From the NCBI GenBank assembly GCA_963726245.1, contig CAVSBT010000037.1, positions 139,532 to 203,531 of the forward strand: a stretch of DNA of 64,000 bases, given 5' to 3'. Shown piece by piece: positions 52,735 to 63,337 of this stretch (the first letter of the stretch is position 1; each line of letters opens with the position of its first letter). Below the pieces are notes generated by a model that saw only the letters and a list, made by a program, of their open reading frames with translations, did not search any database and was not told the origin of the DNA. This DNA comes from an uncultured Chloroflexia bacterium (GTDB lineage Bacteria; Chloroflexota; Dehalococcoidia; DSTF01; JALHUB01). The position numbers were made by a program, and so were the translations under genes.

Positions 52735-54847
52735 ATGCAGCCTCAACGACGACGTCTGGGTCTCGCCCCGTGGCAGTGGGTTGCGCTGCTTGCCAGTCTG
52801 CTCCGTCATTCTCATCCTCACGTTGAACCCCAGGGGCGCCGGCCAGGCGCACGCATACACCATCGATGGGGATCAGCGAACTCATCATCAACGCGAGCGC
52901 TGTGGACGTCAAGCTCGTCAGTGCTGAAGCCGCCTACAACAACACACTTCGGCCTCTACGCAGCACCCGGCGAGCCCCTGGCGTCACCTGTCGACCCAGA
53001 TACTCTTCGACTGCAAGGATCACGCATCATCCGCTCGACCTGGGGACTTTCAACGCCGGCGAATTGGAGTTCATGCTTACCACGCCGCCGACGTCGGCCC
53101 GCCCGACGGAAACCGGACCTACTACACCGGCCCCGCCAGCCGGAACCCCGATGGCTTCCAGCACGCCCACATCACCCGTATCAATAGACACCAACACGGC
53201 TCAGATTGGGTGGGAGGACCTGTGGGGTGGTGGGGACCAGGACTTCAACGACTGCGTCGTCAACGTCATCATCACTGAGTTGCCAACCGCGACTCCCACC
53301 CGCACGCCGACACCGACCAGCACGCCGCTAATACCGACGAACACGCCGACGCCGACGAGCACGCCCACCAGCACACCGACGGCCACCAACACGCCGGTGA
53401 CCGCCGACGAACACGCCGACGCCTACGAGCACGCCTACCAACACACCGACGGCCACCAACACGCCGGTGACGCCGACGAACACGCCGACGCCTACGAACA
53501 CGCCGCACCAGCACGCCGACGGCCACCAACACGCCGGTGACGCCGACGAACACGCCGACAGCCACGCAGCACGCCGACGAACACGCCGACGGCCACCAAC
53601 ACGCCGGTGACGCCGACGAACACGCCGACGCCTACGAACACGCCGACCAGCACGCCGACAGCCACCAACACGCCGGTGACGCCGACGAACACGCCGACGG
53701 CCTACGGACACGCCCACCAGCACGCCGACAGCCACCAACACGCCGGTGACGCCGACCAACACGCCGACGCCGACGAACACGGCCACCAGCACGCCGACGG
53801 CCACCAACACGCCGGTGACGCCGACGAACACGCCGACCAGCACGCCGACGGCCACGCCGGTAGCCGACGAACACGCCTACGAGCACACCGACGGCCACGC
53901 TGGTACCGACGAACACGCCGACCAGCACGCCGACGGCCACCAACACGCCGGTGACGCCGACGAACACGCCGACCAGCACACCGACGGCCACCAGCACGCC
54001 GGTGACGCCGACGAACACGCCGACGGCGACAGCCACCGCCGGCACGCCCACGGGGACGCCCGACCCGCAGATGGTCAAGGACCCGGCCCAGGCGAATCTC
54101 TGGCTCTGCGACGCGTCGCCGCCGAATTGCACGGGCCCGGGCCAGGGCAGCATCACGGTCAGCGAGATTGCCCGCAACGTCGCCAACGATCCAGAAGACG
54201 TTGACCCGATGACCGGCGCTCCTGAGCCTATCGATGGTCTGGGCGCCTACGAGTTCAACCTCGAGTACGACCTGAGTGTGCTGCAGATACCGGTGATCAC
54301 TGACGCTGGCTTCCTGGGCAGCACGGGGCGGACTGTCAGTTGCGCACCGAGCATCATCGGGGAGAACATCATCCACTGGGCCTGCGTGAGCACCGGGAGC
54401 ATGGCCGGCCCGTGGGGCATGGGTCCCTTCACGCTGGCCACCATCGCTGTCAAGCCGCAACCAAACCTGTACATCGATATGTGCCCGGGCTTCGAGAACG
54501 GTGTGGTGACCTGGCTGAAGGACTCGGCTTGCCAGTGGTCGGACACCCTGGGCGACCCCATGGCGGGGACACTGCCTGGTGGTGACCTGAAGTACTGCAC
54601 GAGCACCAAGCTCACCATTCGCTACCTGGAGGGTGACCTGAACCACGACTGCCAGGTCGACCTGCTCGACGAGCAGGCAGAGGCCTGGCGGTACGGGAGC
54701 CACTTGGGCAGCCTGTGGTACACGACGTGCAACAACCTGCAGCCTTACCCGCCTGACAGCGACATCGACGTGAAGGACCTGCAGTTCATCTTCGGTCGTG
54801 CCGGCAGCACCTGCCAGAACCCCTACCCGCCTCAGCCGCCTCAGTAG
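52735..54847 (+). CDS. Secreted protein: DUF4114-like domain, long PT linker, cohesin and dockerin (many frameshifts)
   Basis: IGWEDLWGGGDQDFND.VV, ~750 bp of TPTNTPT repeats, and a C-terminal cassette nearly identical to that of the 43639 gene. Confidence 0.82.
53290..54060 (+). repeat. Degenerate Thr/Pro coding repeat array
   Basis: Repeated ACGCCGACGAACACGCCGAC / GGCCACCAACACGCCGGTG units. Confidence 0.85.
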
Positions 54848-55224
54848 ACCTGACCAAGCTCAAGAATCTCCCAAACGTATACGTGACCAAGGTCCCACCT
54901 CCAGGGGCCTTCTCGCTGCTAGCGGCTGCTCGGGCGACCGACGGCAGCACCCCGCTTGTGCGTGTTCGCGTCCCTATCTACCAGCCAGCATCTCTCCGGA
55001 CGCCGCAGACGTTCTATGTAGTGGATGGCTTATAATGTGGGCATCAGGCGAATGGCACGGACGCCATCGCGCCCCGCCCGCGCCCCCTCTGCAGCCGCTG
55101 TCAGCCAGACAGCTCTTTAGAAGCGAGGGCAGTCAACCGAAGTTCTACGTAGAGGTAGTAAAGTGGGGCTTCAACTCGGGGGAAGCCTTAGTATCAGCCG
55201 CTTCGTGATTTGACAAGGGGGTTA

Positions 55225-57929
55225 ATGGGCTTCACCTCTCCATCGCAGAGATCCGCCCCGCTGTTCCCTTGGGGCAGCCGGTGGGCTCTCCTGGGCAGCA
55301 GTCTACTGCTGGTCGGCCTTTTGTTGGCCTTCGTCGTTCCCCAGGGTGGGTCCCGAGCGCCTGCTGGCTTAGCTCAGGCGCCGAGCTGCGCCCCTGCCAG
55401 CGGCACGGTGGTCTGCATACAGCCCGTCAACCAGGTGGCCGAGACGGGCACGGACTTCAACGTCGACATCGTCGTCGACAACGTCTCCAACCTCGGAGGC
55501 TTCCAGGCTACGATCCCCTTCGACCCTTCCCTCATGTCCTTCGCTCATGCCACCTATGGCAGCTTCATGGGAAGCACCGGCCGCGACGTCAACTGCTTTC
55601 CCGAAAAGCCTGCGCCCACCCCGACCCCGGCCTCCGCCTCGCCCACCCCAACTCCCACCCCAACGGTCGGCATGGTTGAATTGCAACTTACCTGTGTCAC
55701 GACCCCACCGAGGGGACCGCCGGGACCGGGTGGCGCCAACGGCTCCGGCGTTCTGGTCACCGTCACCTTCTCGCCCCTTAGCCCCGGCTTCAGTCCTCTG
55801 GAGTTGGTCGATACTATCATCACCAACCCCCAAGGCAACCCTATGCCTGTCACCACACAGAACGGCAGCGTCACCGTGGAACAGGGGCCCACGCCCACCC
55901 CCTGCGACGGTGTCTGTCCTACCGCCACTGTCACGCCGACACCCACCCAAACGCCCACGCCAGGACTGGGACCTACAGTGGTGCGGCCGGAGCCGCTCAC
56001 CCAGACCCACCTGCTCGGAGAAACCTTTACCACCGACATCGTGGTCGACAGCGTCCAGAACCTGTCGGCGTTCGAATTCGTCCTCGCCATCGACCCAAGT
56101 GTTGTGACTCGTACACAGAGAAGACGGGTCCGTCGACATAGCACGAAGGCGACTTCCTGGGAAGGACCGGCCGCAGCGTCTTCTGCCCCTCCGCTACGGC
56201 GGGCTCCAGCACCGTCCGCTTCGCTTGTGTCACTACCGGCCCGCAGGACAGCCCCAGCGGCTCGGGCGTCCTCGCCCGCCGGAACTTGAATGCCTCGAAA
56301 GTGGGGAGCAGCGCCCTGCAAATGGTGAAAGCCGAACTCGCCGACCCGCTGGGCGGGGCCATCCCCGGTTTCGGTCACAGATGGTAGCGTTACGGTGAGC
56401 AAGCGACACCTACGCCGTGCCCCGGTGGGATTTGCCCCACCGCCACCATTACCCCCACCCCAACTATCACCCCTACTGCGACACCTACACCCGTTCCAAA
56501 CCCCTGCGTTGTGGGCTCCGGCATCGATATTTGTGTAAAGCCTGCCGGCCAGGTGGTGTCCCAGGGCAACTCCTTCTCGGTAGACATCGTCGTGGACGAT
56601 GTGAATAACCTGGGTGGCTTCGAGTTCACGCTCGGGTTCCACCCAGATGTCGTCGCCTTCACTAGCGTCCAGGAAGGGCCCTTCCTGGGGAGCGCAGGGC
56701 GAAGCGTTAGCTGCCTCCCTGCCACCATCACCGTAGACAGCGTCAAGTTCGGATGCACCACCCTGGGTTCGGCCCCGCCCAACGGAGCCAACGGCACGGG
56801 CACGCTGGCCACCCTGACCTTCCTGGCCACGGCTGCTGGTACGAGCCCCTTGGACCTGGAGAACGTGATCCTGGCGAATCCCTCTAGCGGCCAGATAGGG
56901 CCCGTCACCGTCCATGATGGCTCGGTGGAGATCTTCTCGGGGAACACACCCACGCCGTCTCCCACGGCAACCATCACTCCCACTCCGACCATTGGCCCGA
57001 CGCCCACCACCTTGACCCACGTCGACCCGCCTTCGCAGACAGTCCCCTTGGACTTGGACCCAAACTCAACCTTTGTTGAGCGGATCTCCGTCGAAGGCGT
57101 AACCAACCTAGGCGGATACCAGTGGGTACTGGCGTACAATCCTGACCTGATGGACTTCGTGGAGGTGGTGAACAGCGGATTCTTGGGCAGCACGGGCGGC
57201 GAAGTACTCTGCCCATCCCCGATTCTGGATACAGGCTACATCCAGTTCGCTTGTGTCACGTCTGGGTTACGGGAGAACGGCGCGAGCGGGTCGGACGTGC
57301 TATCCTTCATCGTTTTCCACAGCCTCGCCGAGGGCACCAGCCCCTTGGACCTAACCTCCGTTACCCTCTTACATCCCCTGGGTGGTGAGCCCATCCCGAC
57401 GCGCATCGAGGACGGAACTGTCACCATCTCCAGCCAGCCCACGCCGACGCCGACGGACACGCCGCGCCGACGGACACGCCGACGCCGACGGACACGCCAC
57501 GCCGACGGACACGCCGACGCCGACGGACACGCCAGCCACGGACACGCTGACGCCGACGGACACGCCGACGCCGACGGACACGCCGACGCCGACGGACACG
57601 CCGACGCCGACACGCCGACGCCGACGGACACGCCGGCCGCGGCCTCACCGAGCCCGACTGCTAGCGATACTCCGACATCGACGCCGGTCGGCGGCGGCCT
57701 GTCGCCCGGCGGAACCGCCGGCCCGAACCAGACAGCCGTCAAGGGGAGCCCATCCAGGACGCCGCCGCTATCGGGGGTGAGGCTAGCCGGCTGGCTCTCG
57801 ACAGCGCTGGGCGCGTTGTTGTTAGCGCCCGGCCTCCGCCGCGTCGCGCCCACCCGCTGGAGAACGAAGGGTAGGCGTCGACTCGGGACGCCTCGGCGCT
57901 CTCGTGACACCAGGGCAGGTGGCCCATGA
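55225..57929 (+). CDS. Scaffoldin-like protein: four tandem cohesins, PT linkers and C-terminal hydrophobic/basic anchor (frameshifts)
   Basis: Cohesins at ~55410, 55975, 56525 and 57015 (NLGGFQ/NLSAFE/NLGGFE/NLGGYQ...F.G.TGR..C...F.C..G.G.L). Ends GWLSTALGALLLAPGLRR. Confidence 0.85.
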
Positions 57930-57990
57930 GCCGTGAGCCCACAGCCTCAGCCCCACGGGGGAGAGACGCCGACACAGGAAGAGGCCTAGC

Positions 57991-59654
57991 ATGAGGTGCG
58001 GCCGCCGGCTTCCTGTGATTCGGGGACCCTGGGGCCTACCCCAGGCGGTCGGTGGTGCCATACTCGTCCTCACCGTTGGCCTGGCATTGGGCCGAGAGGC
58101 CCTCACACAGCCGGCGCCCTCAATAATCAAGAGCCCCCAGCAATCAAGCCTCTTCCTGGGAGGGCCCTCCCTCACCATCAACGAGGAAGTGGCAAACGTG
58201 CCACCTGGCCCCGGTTTGGGCGCCTTCAGCTTCCGCTTCTTCTACAACAGTAGCCTTATCAACGTCACGGTCCAGGAAGGGCCCTTCCCCTTCCTCGGAA
58301 GCACTGGTCGCCAGACGACCTGCCTTACTCAGCAAGGCGAAGGCTTCGTTCAGTTTAGCTGCGTGTCCTCCAGCACCACGCCGGGCCTGCCAGGCCCTAC
58401 GGGCTCTGGCACCCTGGCCACCATCACTGTGCGACCCAAAGACGGCCTGGTCTTTAGGCCGACCGTGAACAACGGCGCCGTCGCCACCCTCGACGACGTC
58501 GAGTCCGACGCCCGTCTGGCTAACATCCTCGGTTCTCCCATAGACGTGGGCAACGTGGGGACGCCACCATCGTTGTCCGCGCCCTTGAGGGAGACCTTAA
58601 CCTGGACTGTAAGGTCAACGTCATTGACGAGCAGATGATCTCGTTCCGTTACAGAGCTACCCGCGGCTCCATCTGGTACAGCCTGTTCTTCGACCTACAG
58701 CCTCCGTTGGGCGATGGTGACATCGATGTCAAAGACCTTCAGTTTGTGTACGGTCGCGATGGCAGTACCTGCGAGGAGCCCATACCGCCGCAGCCTCCAG
58801 GACCGGCTACGCCCACGCCGACCGCTTCACCCACCGCCACCGGCACGCCGTCCGCGGCTACGCCCACGCCGACCGCTTCACCCACCGCCACCGGCACGCC
58901 GTCCGCGGCTACGCCCACGCCGACCGCTTCACCCACCGCCACCGGCACGCCGTCCGCGGCTACGCCCACGCCGACCGCTTCACCCACCGCCACCGGCACG
59001 CCGTCCGCGGCTACGCCCACGCCGACCGCTTCACCCACCGCCACCGGCACGCCGTCCGCGGCTACGCCCACGCCAACCGCTTCACCCACCGCCACCGGCA
59101 CGCCGTCCGCGGCTACGCCCACGCCGACCGCTTCACCCACCGCCACCGGCACGCCGTCCGCGGCTACGCCCACGCCAACCGCTTCACCCACCGCCACCGG
59201 CACGCCGTCCGCGGCTACGCCCACGCCGACCGCTTCACCGACCGTGACCGGCACACCGCCGACGGCGACGCCGACGCTGACAGCTTCGCCCACCCCCACC
59301 GGCACGCCGCCCACGGCTACGCCCACCGCTTCACCCACCGTCACCGGCACGCCGCCCACGGCGAGCGCAACCGCCATCGCCACGGCCACGGCGACGCCTA
59401 TCGGCGGGGTGCTGCCCGGGGAACACACGCCCACCGTCGGACCCCCCACGGCAACGCCTGTAGGCACACCACCTGAGGAGGCAGTGCTTCCCATCGCCAC
59501 GCTGCCAGCCCGTGTTCTGCCCAGAGCCGGCGAAGGGCCCACCAGCAGTGGCAACACGGCCGATGTCGCGATGGCAGCCGGCATACTGATTCTTGTGGGG
59601 CTGTCCTTCCTGCTAGCGGGCATCAGGCGCGGGCCTCTTGAGCGCGACCGTTAG
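57991..59654 (+). CDS. Cohesin, dockerin, 17-aa repeat stalk and LPxAG sortase signal (frameshift ~58565)
   Basis: [12 protein letters not shown] cohesin; [30 protein letters not shown] dockerin; LPRAG + TM + RR. Confidence 0.85.
58806..59240 (+). repeat. 51-bp tandem repeat, 8 full copies plus a partial one ([17 protein letters not shown])
   Basis: Units start at 58806, 58857 ... 59163, 59214 and are nearly identical. Confidence 0.95.
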
Positions 59655-59769
59655 GCCGAGAAACCCCGGTCAATCAGCGCCGCTGTGAGTTGCCAGGGGC
59701 GTGGCAATGGCAAGCCGGCTGCCTTGGCTAAAGCCGGCAGGAGGTTAGGCTAGAGAAGGTCTTGAGAGG

Positions 59770-60393
59770 CTACGACGCGTGGAAGGTTGCAACGATACGC
59801 GAGAACAGGGGAACATACGGATCGAGGGTGCCGACCCCATAGCTGTTAAGGCCGATCTCTCAACCACATTCCCCCTTCACAACGTAGGCTACAATCTGCT
59901 CTACAGTGACGCCAGCGAGAGAGACGAAGTACCTGATCTGCTTCCCTTCTACCCCATCTACCTGGATAGGCTGGGCTTGCCTCGAATCGATGACCCCCCC
60001 GTAGGGTATCACGTTGGCCGCGTCCTTCATTAGGAGGCTGTCGGCCGTCAGGCCCTCCCCTTCCTCGCACATCACGCTAACCTGGGCGAGGACCCGACCC
60101 TCCGGGGTGCTCCAGACAAAGTTGTCCGACAACCCCATGGAGCCGACCTGATATTCCCATCCCTCGGGGTAGTCAATGGAGTAACCCTTGTCAGGAGACT
60201 CATACGTGACCAGGGAGACATCGGGGTTGACGGTGGGGAGCACCTCCGGCGTCGGTGTCTCCCCGTTGGCCACCGATGTCTCGCCTGGAGCCGGTGCCAG
60301 GGTCTCCTTTTCGGCGCCTCCACAGGCAACCACCAGCAAAGCGATAGCGCAGACAACTCCCAGAACGATCCACCGTGGAAACCGAGCCTTCAT
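59770..60393 (-). CDS. PsbP/DcrB-like lipoprotein (frameshift ~59862)
   Basis: Lipobox VVAC, TYESPDKGYSIDYPEGW; continues ...LFSRIVATFHAS* in another frame. Confidence 0.72.
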
Positions 60394-60603
60394 CTGGATA
60401 CCGCGTACCTCCCCAGAGTGCCAGAGCGCTGTCTAACACAGGCTCGGACACCCACAGCGTAGCGCCGCACACAAAGTCCCACACTAAGGTACACGCTGGG
60501 AACCGCTATTGCAACCAGCGGCCGCTAGTCTGCCAAGATGATAGGGGCCGGCAGGCTACGCCGCCGACCCCACTCCCAGACGTCTCCTCGATGACAAGAC
60601 ACC

Positions 60604-63149
60604 CTACGGCGGCCCCGTGCAGTCCAGCCCCACCTGCGCCAGCACCCCCAGCACGTCGCTCATGTCGACGGCACCGTTGGGTGGCCCTGCATCCCAAGGC
60701 GGGTTAGGCGGCGGGCTAGACGAACGGTCATAGCAGAGGCCTTCTTTAACCGGCACGGTATCCCCGTTGATGTGGCAGGAGGCCTTAATGCTGTCGTAGG
60801 CGACACCGTTGCCGTTGGGCGGGCCACCCTCATTGGCGCCCACGTACAACATCACCGCCAGCACGTCCGCCATGGTGACCACCCTGTCCTCGGGGCCGTT
60901 GGCCTTGGGGTCTGGGTTCGCTGGCACCGGGACATCGTAGACGTCATAGTAGTTGAGAGGGTTGAAGCCGATAGACGCCTCCTTGCCGTCGCCACAGCCG
61001 TCACCGTCAGTGTCATACACGCAGGGGTCAGTGCCCAGCTGGAACTCCGTCAAGCTGCTCAAGCCGTCGCCGTCCGGATCGGCGTTCCCATCGGCAACCA
61101 GGGGGTTGAGGCAAGAGTGAGCCGCCTCATAGCCATCGGGCATTCCGTCGCCGTCAGTGTCGGCGTTACACGGACCCGTGCCTAAGCCGAACTCAACGAT
61201 ATTGGTTAGGCCATCGCCATCAGGATCGAGGCCGGCGTCAGGCACCAAAGGGTTCAGGCAGGCATGCGCCAGTTCGTAGCCGTCCGGCATGCCGTCCCCA
61301 TCCGTGTCCGGGTTGCAGGGGTCGGTGCCGGCTAGGTACTCCTGGATATTTGTAGCGCCATCGTGGTCGGGGTCTTTGTCGGCATCGGGCACCAAGGGAT
61401 TCAAGCACGAGTGCTGCATCTTGTAGCCGTCGGGCATGCCGTCACCGTCAGTGTCATACACGCAGGGGTCGGTGCCCAGCTGGAACTCCGTCAAGCTGCT
61501 CAAGCCGTCGCCGTCCGGATCGGCGTTCCCATCGGCAACCAGGGGGTTGAGGCAAGAGTGAGCCGCCTCATAGCCATCGGGCATTCCGTCGCCGTCAGTG
61601 TCGGCGTTACACGGATCGATGCCTAAGCCGAACTCAACGATATTGATTAGGCCATCGCCATCAGGATCGAGGCCGGCGTCAGGCACCAAAGGGTTCAGGC
61701 AGGCATGCGCCAGTTCGTAGCCGTCCGGCATGCCGTCCCCATCCGTGTCCGGGTTGCAGGGGTCGGTGCCGGCTAGGTACTCCTGGATATTTGTAGCGCC
61801 ATCGTGGTCGGGGTCTTTGTCGGCATCGGGCACCAAGGGATTCAAGCACGAGTGCTGCATCTTGTAGCCGTCGGGCATGCCGTCACCGTCGTGGTCGGCG
61901 CAGGACAGCCCCGTCTGTGCCAGCACCGCCAGCACGTCCTGCATGTTGACGGTGCCGTCGGGCGCGCTGGCGCCCCACGGCGGCTTGAGTAACGGGCTGG
62001 GCGTGCGATTGTAGCAGAGCCCCTCCTTGTCTGGCGCCGTATGTCCATTGACGTGGCAGGAGCCCTTAATGCTGTCGTAGGCGACACCGTTGGCGTTGGC
62101 CGGCCCGCCCTCATTAGCGCCCACGTAGAACAGCACGGCGAGCACATCGCTGATGTTAATCGTCTTGTCCCGAGGCCCGTTGGGCGTTGGGTCCCGGTTG
62201 GCCGGCACCGGCACGTCGTAGAAGTCCCAGGGGTTGAGCGGGTCTAAGCCAATCCGGCGATTCTTCGCTGTTTGCACACCCGTCACCGTCGGAGTCTGCC
62301 GAGGGTCCCGGCGTCGGCGTCGAGGTAGGCCAGATTAATGGCGTTTCCGTCGGCGTCGCCGTGGCCGTCGGCGTACGCGTATCCGTTGCAGTCGGCGTAA
62401 TGGTTGGTGTGTTCGTAATGGTTGGTGTGTTCGTAGTGGTTGGTGTGCTCGTAATGGTGGGTGTAGTGGTTGCAGTCCGAGTAGCCGTCGCCGTTGGGGT
62501 AGGGGTGGCGGTAGGCGTGGGCACCGGCACGTTCTGGCACGTTATGCCGGCGTCCACCAGGTCGGTGGTGATCGCGATGCCCCTCGAACCGAGGGTGGTG
62601 GTGAACTGGGGAGGATTATCGGCTGAGGTCACGAGGTGCAGTGGGCTGATCCCGTTGCCCACGCACCGGAAAGTGGCGTTGACGACCGCCCCCGAGAAGT
62701 CGGTGGTGCCCGATGGCCGCGCGGAGCCGCCAAACAGGGTGTCGATGAGAGTGTTGGCGTCGGTGTCATACCCGGTCACCGGAGAGTCCAGCGCCATGCC
62801 CCCCTGCTCCAGGTAGTCCCAGGCGTCATTTGTCGTGTCCCCGTCATAGTCATACGTGGGCACGAAGACCAGGATGCCGTCGTTGTACTGGAGCCGGAGG
62901 TTGTAGCCGGCATATTTGTCCGCCGTGACGCTGTCCCACGTGATGCAGGCACTCACAACTAAGGTACTGGCCCCGTTGACGGTGCGGCTGTCTTGAATGC
63001 TGGCGCAGTTGTCGCCCCCTACGGCGTCCACGCTCATGAGGTTGTGCGCTAGGGCCTCCGTCCCGGGGGCGCAGGAGGCTGAAGGCGGCCACGGCCGCCA
63101 CAATAACAAGAAGTCCACCAATGAGGATGACCCGCCTTGAAACGCTCAT
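60604..63149 (-). CDS. Secreted protein: family-2 cohesin-like, PT linker, dockerin-like module, six TSP3-like repeats, dockerin-like module (frameshifts)
   Basis: ORFs 62850, 62156 and 60604 join. DxDGDGMPDGYE..H.CLNPLV repeats are flanked by two WDFYDVPVPAN modules. Confidence 0.85.
60997..61890. repeat. 441-bp direct tandem duplication (2 x three 49-aa units)
   Basis: 60997-61437 is almost identical to 61438-61878. Confidence 0.92.
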
Positions 63150-63292
63150 GCCTTCCCCTTGTCTCGCCGCCGGTCCTTCGCGGCAGCTTCAGTTTAGCAC
63201 ATCGTGCAACCACCAAGTCAACGCCCAAGGCCGCTCTCTCGATGGATTGGCAGAGATTCCGGGCGATAGAGCGCGCTCCATCCTTGAGAACC

Positions 63293-63320
63293 AGGGAAGG
63301 GCGGCGAGCCGCCCTTCCTT
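63293..63320 (-). terminator. Hairpin after the 63338 gene
   Basis: AGGGAAGGGCGGC-GA-GCCGCCCTTCCTT. Confidence 0.5.
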
Positions 63321-63337
63321 GGTTCCGCTGGGCCTGA

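Noticed and set aside
43650-54847. Diversity-generating retroelement template/variable repeat pair
   Set aside because: No reverse transcriptase is in the window, both copies are coding, and the differences are not evidently adenine-specific.
55210-55215. TTGACA as promoter, or TTG start, of the scaffoldin
   Set aside because: It directly precedes the AGGGGG RBS and ATG 55225, and no -10 box follows at the right spacing.
53290-59240. Repeat arrays as CRISPR
   Set aside because: They are tandem coding Thr/Pro repeats without unique spacers, and there are no cas genes.
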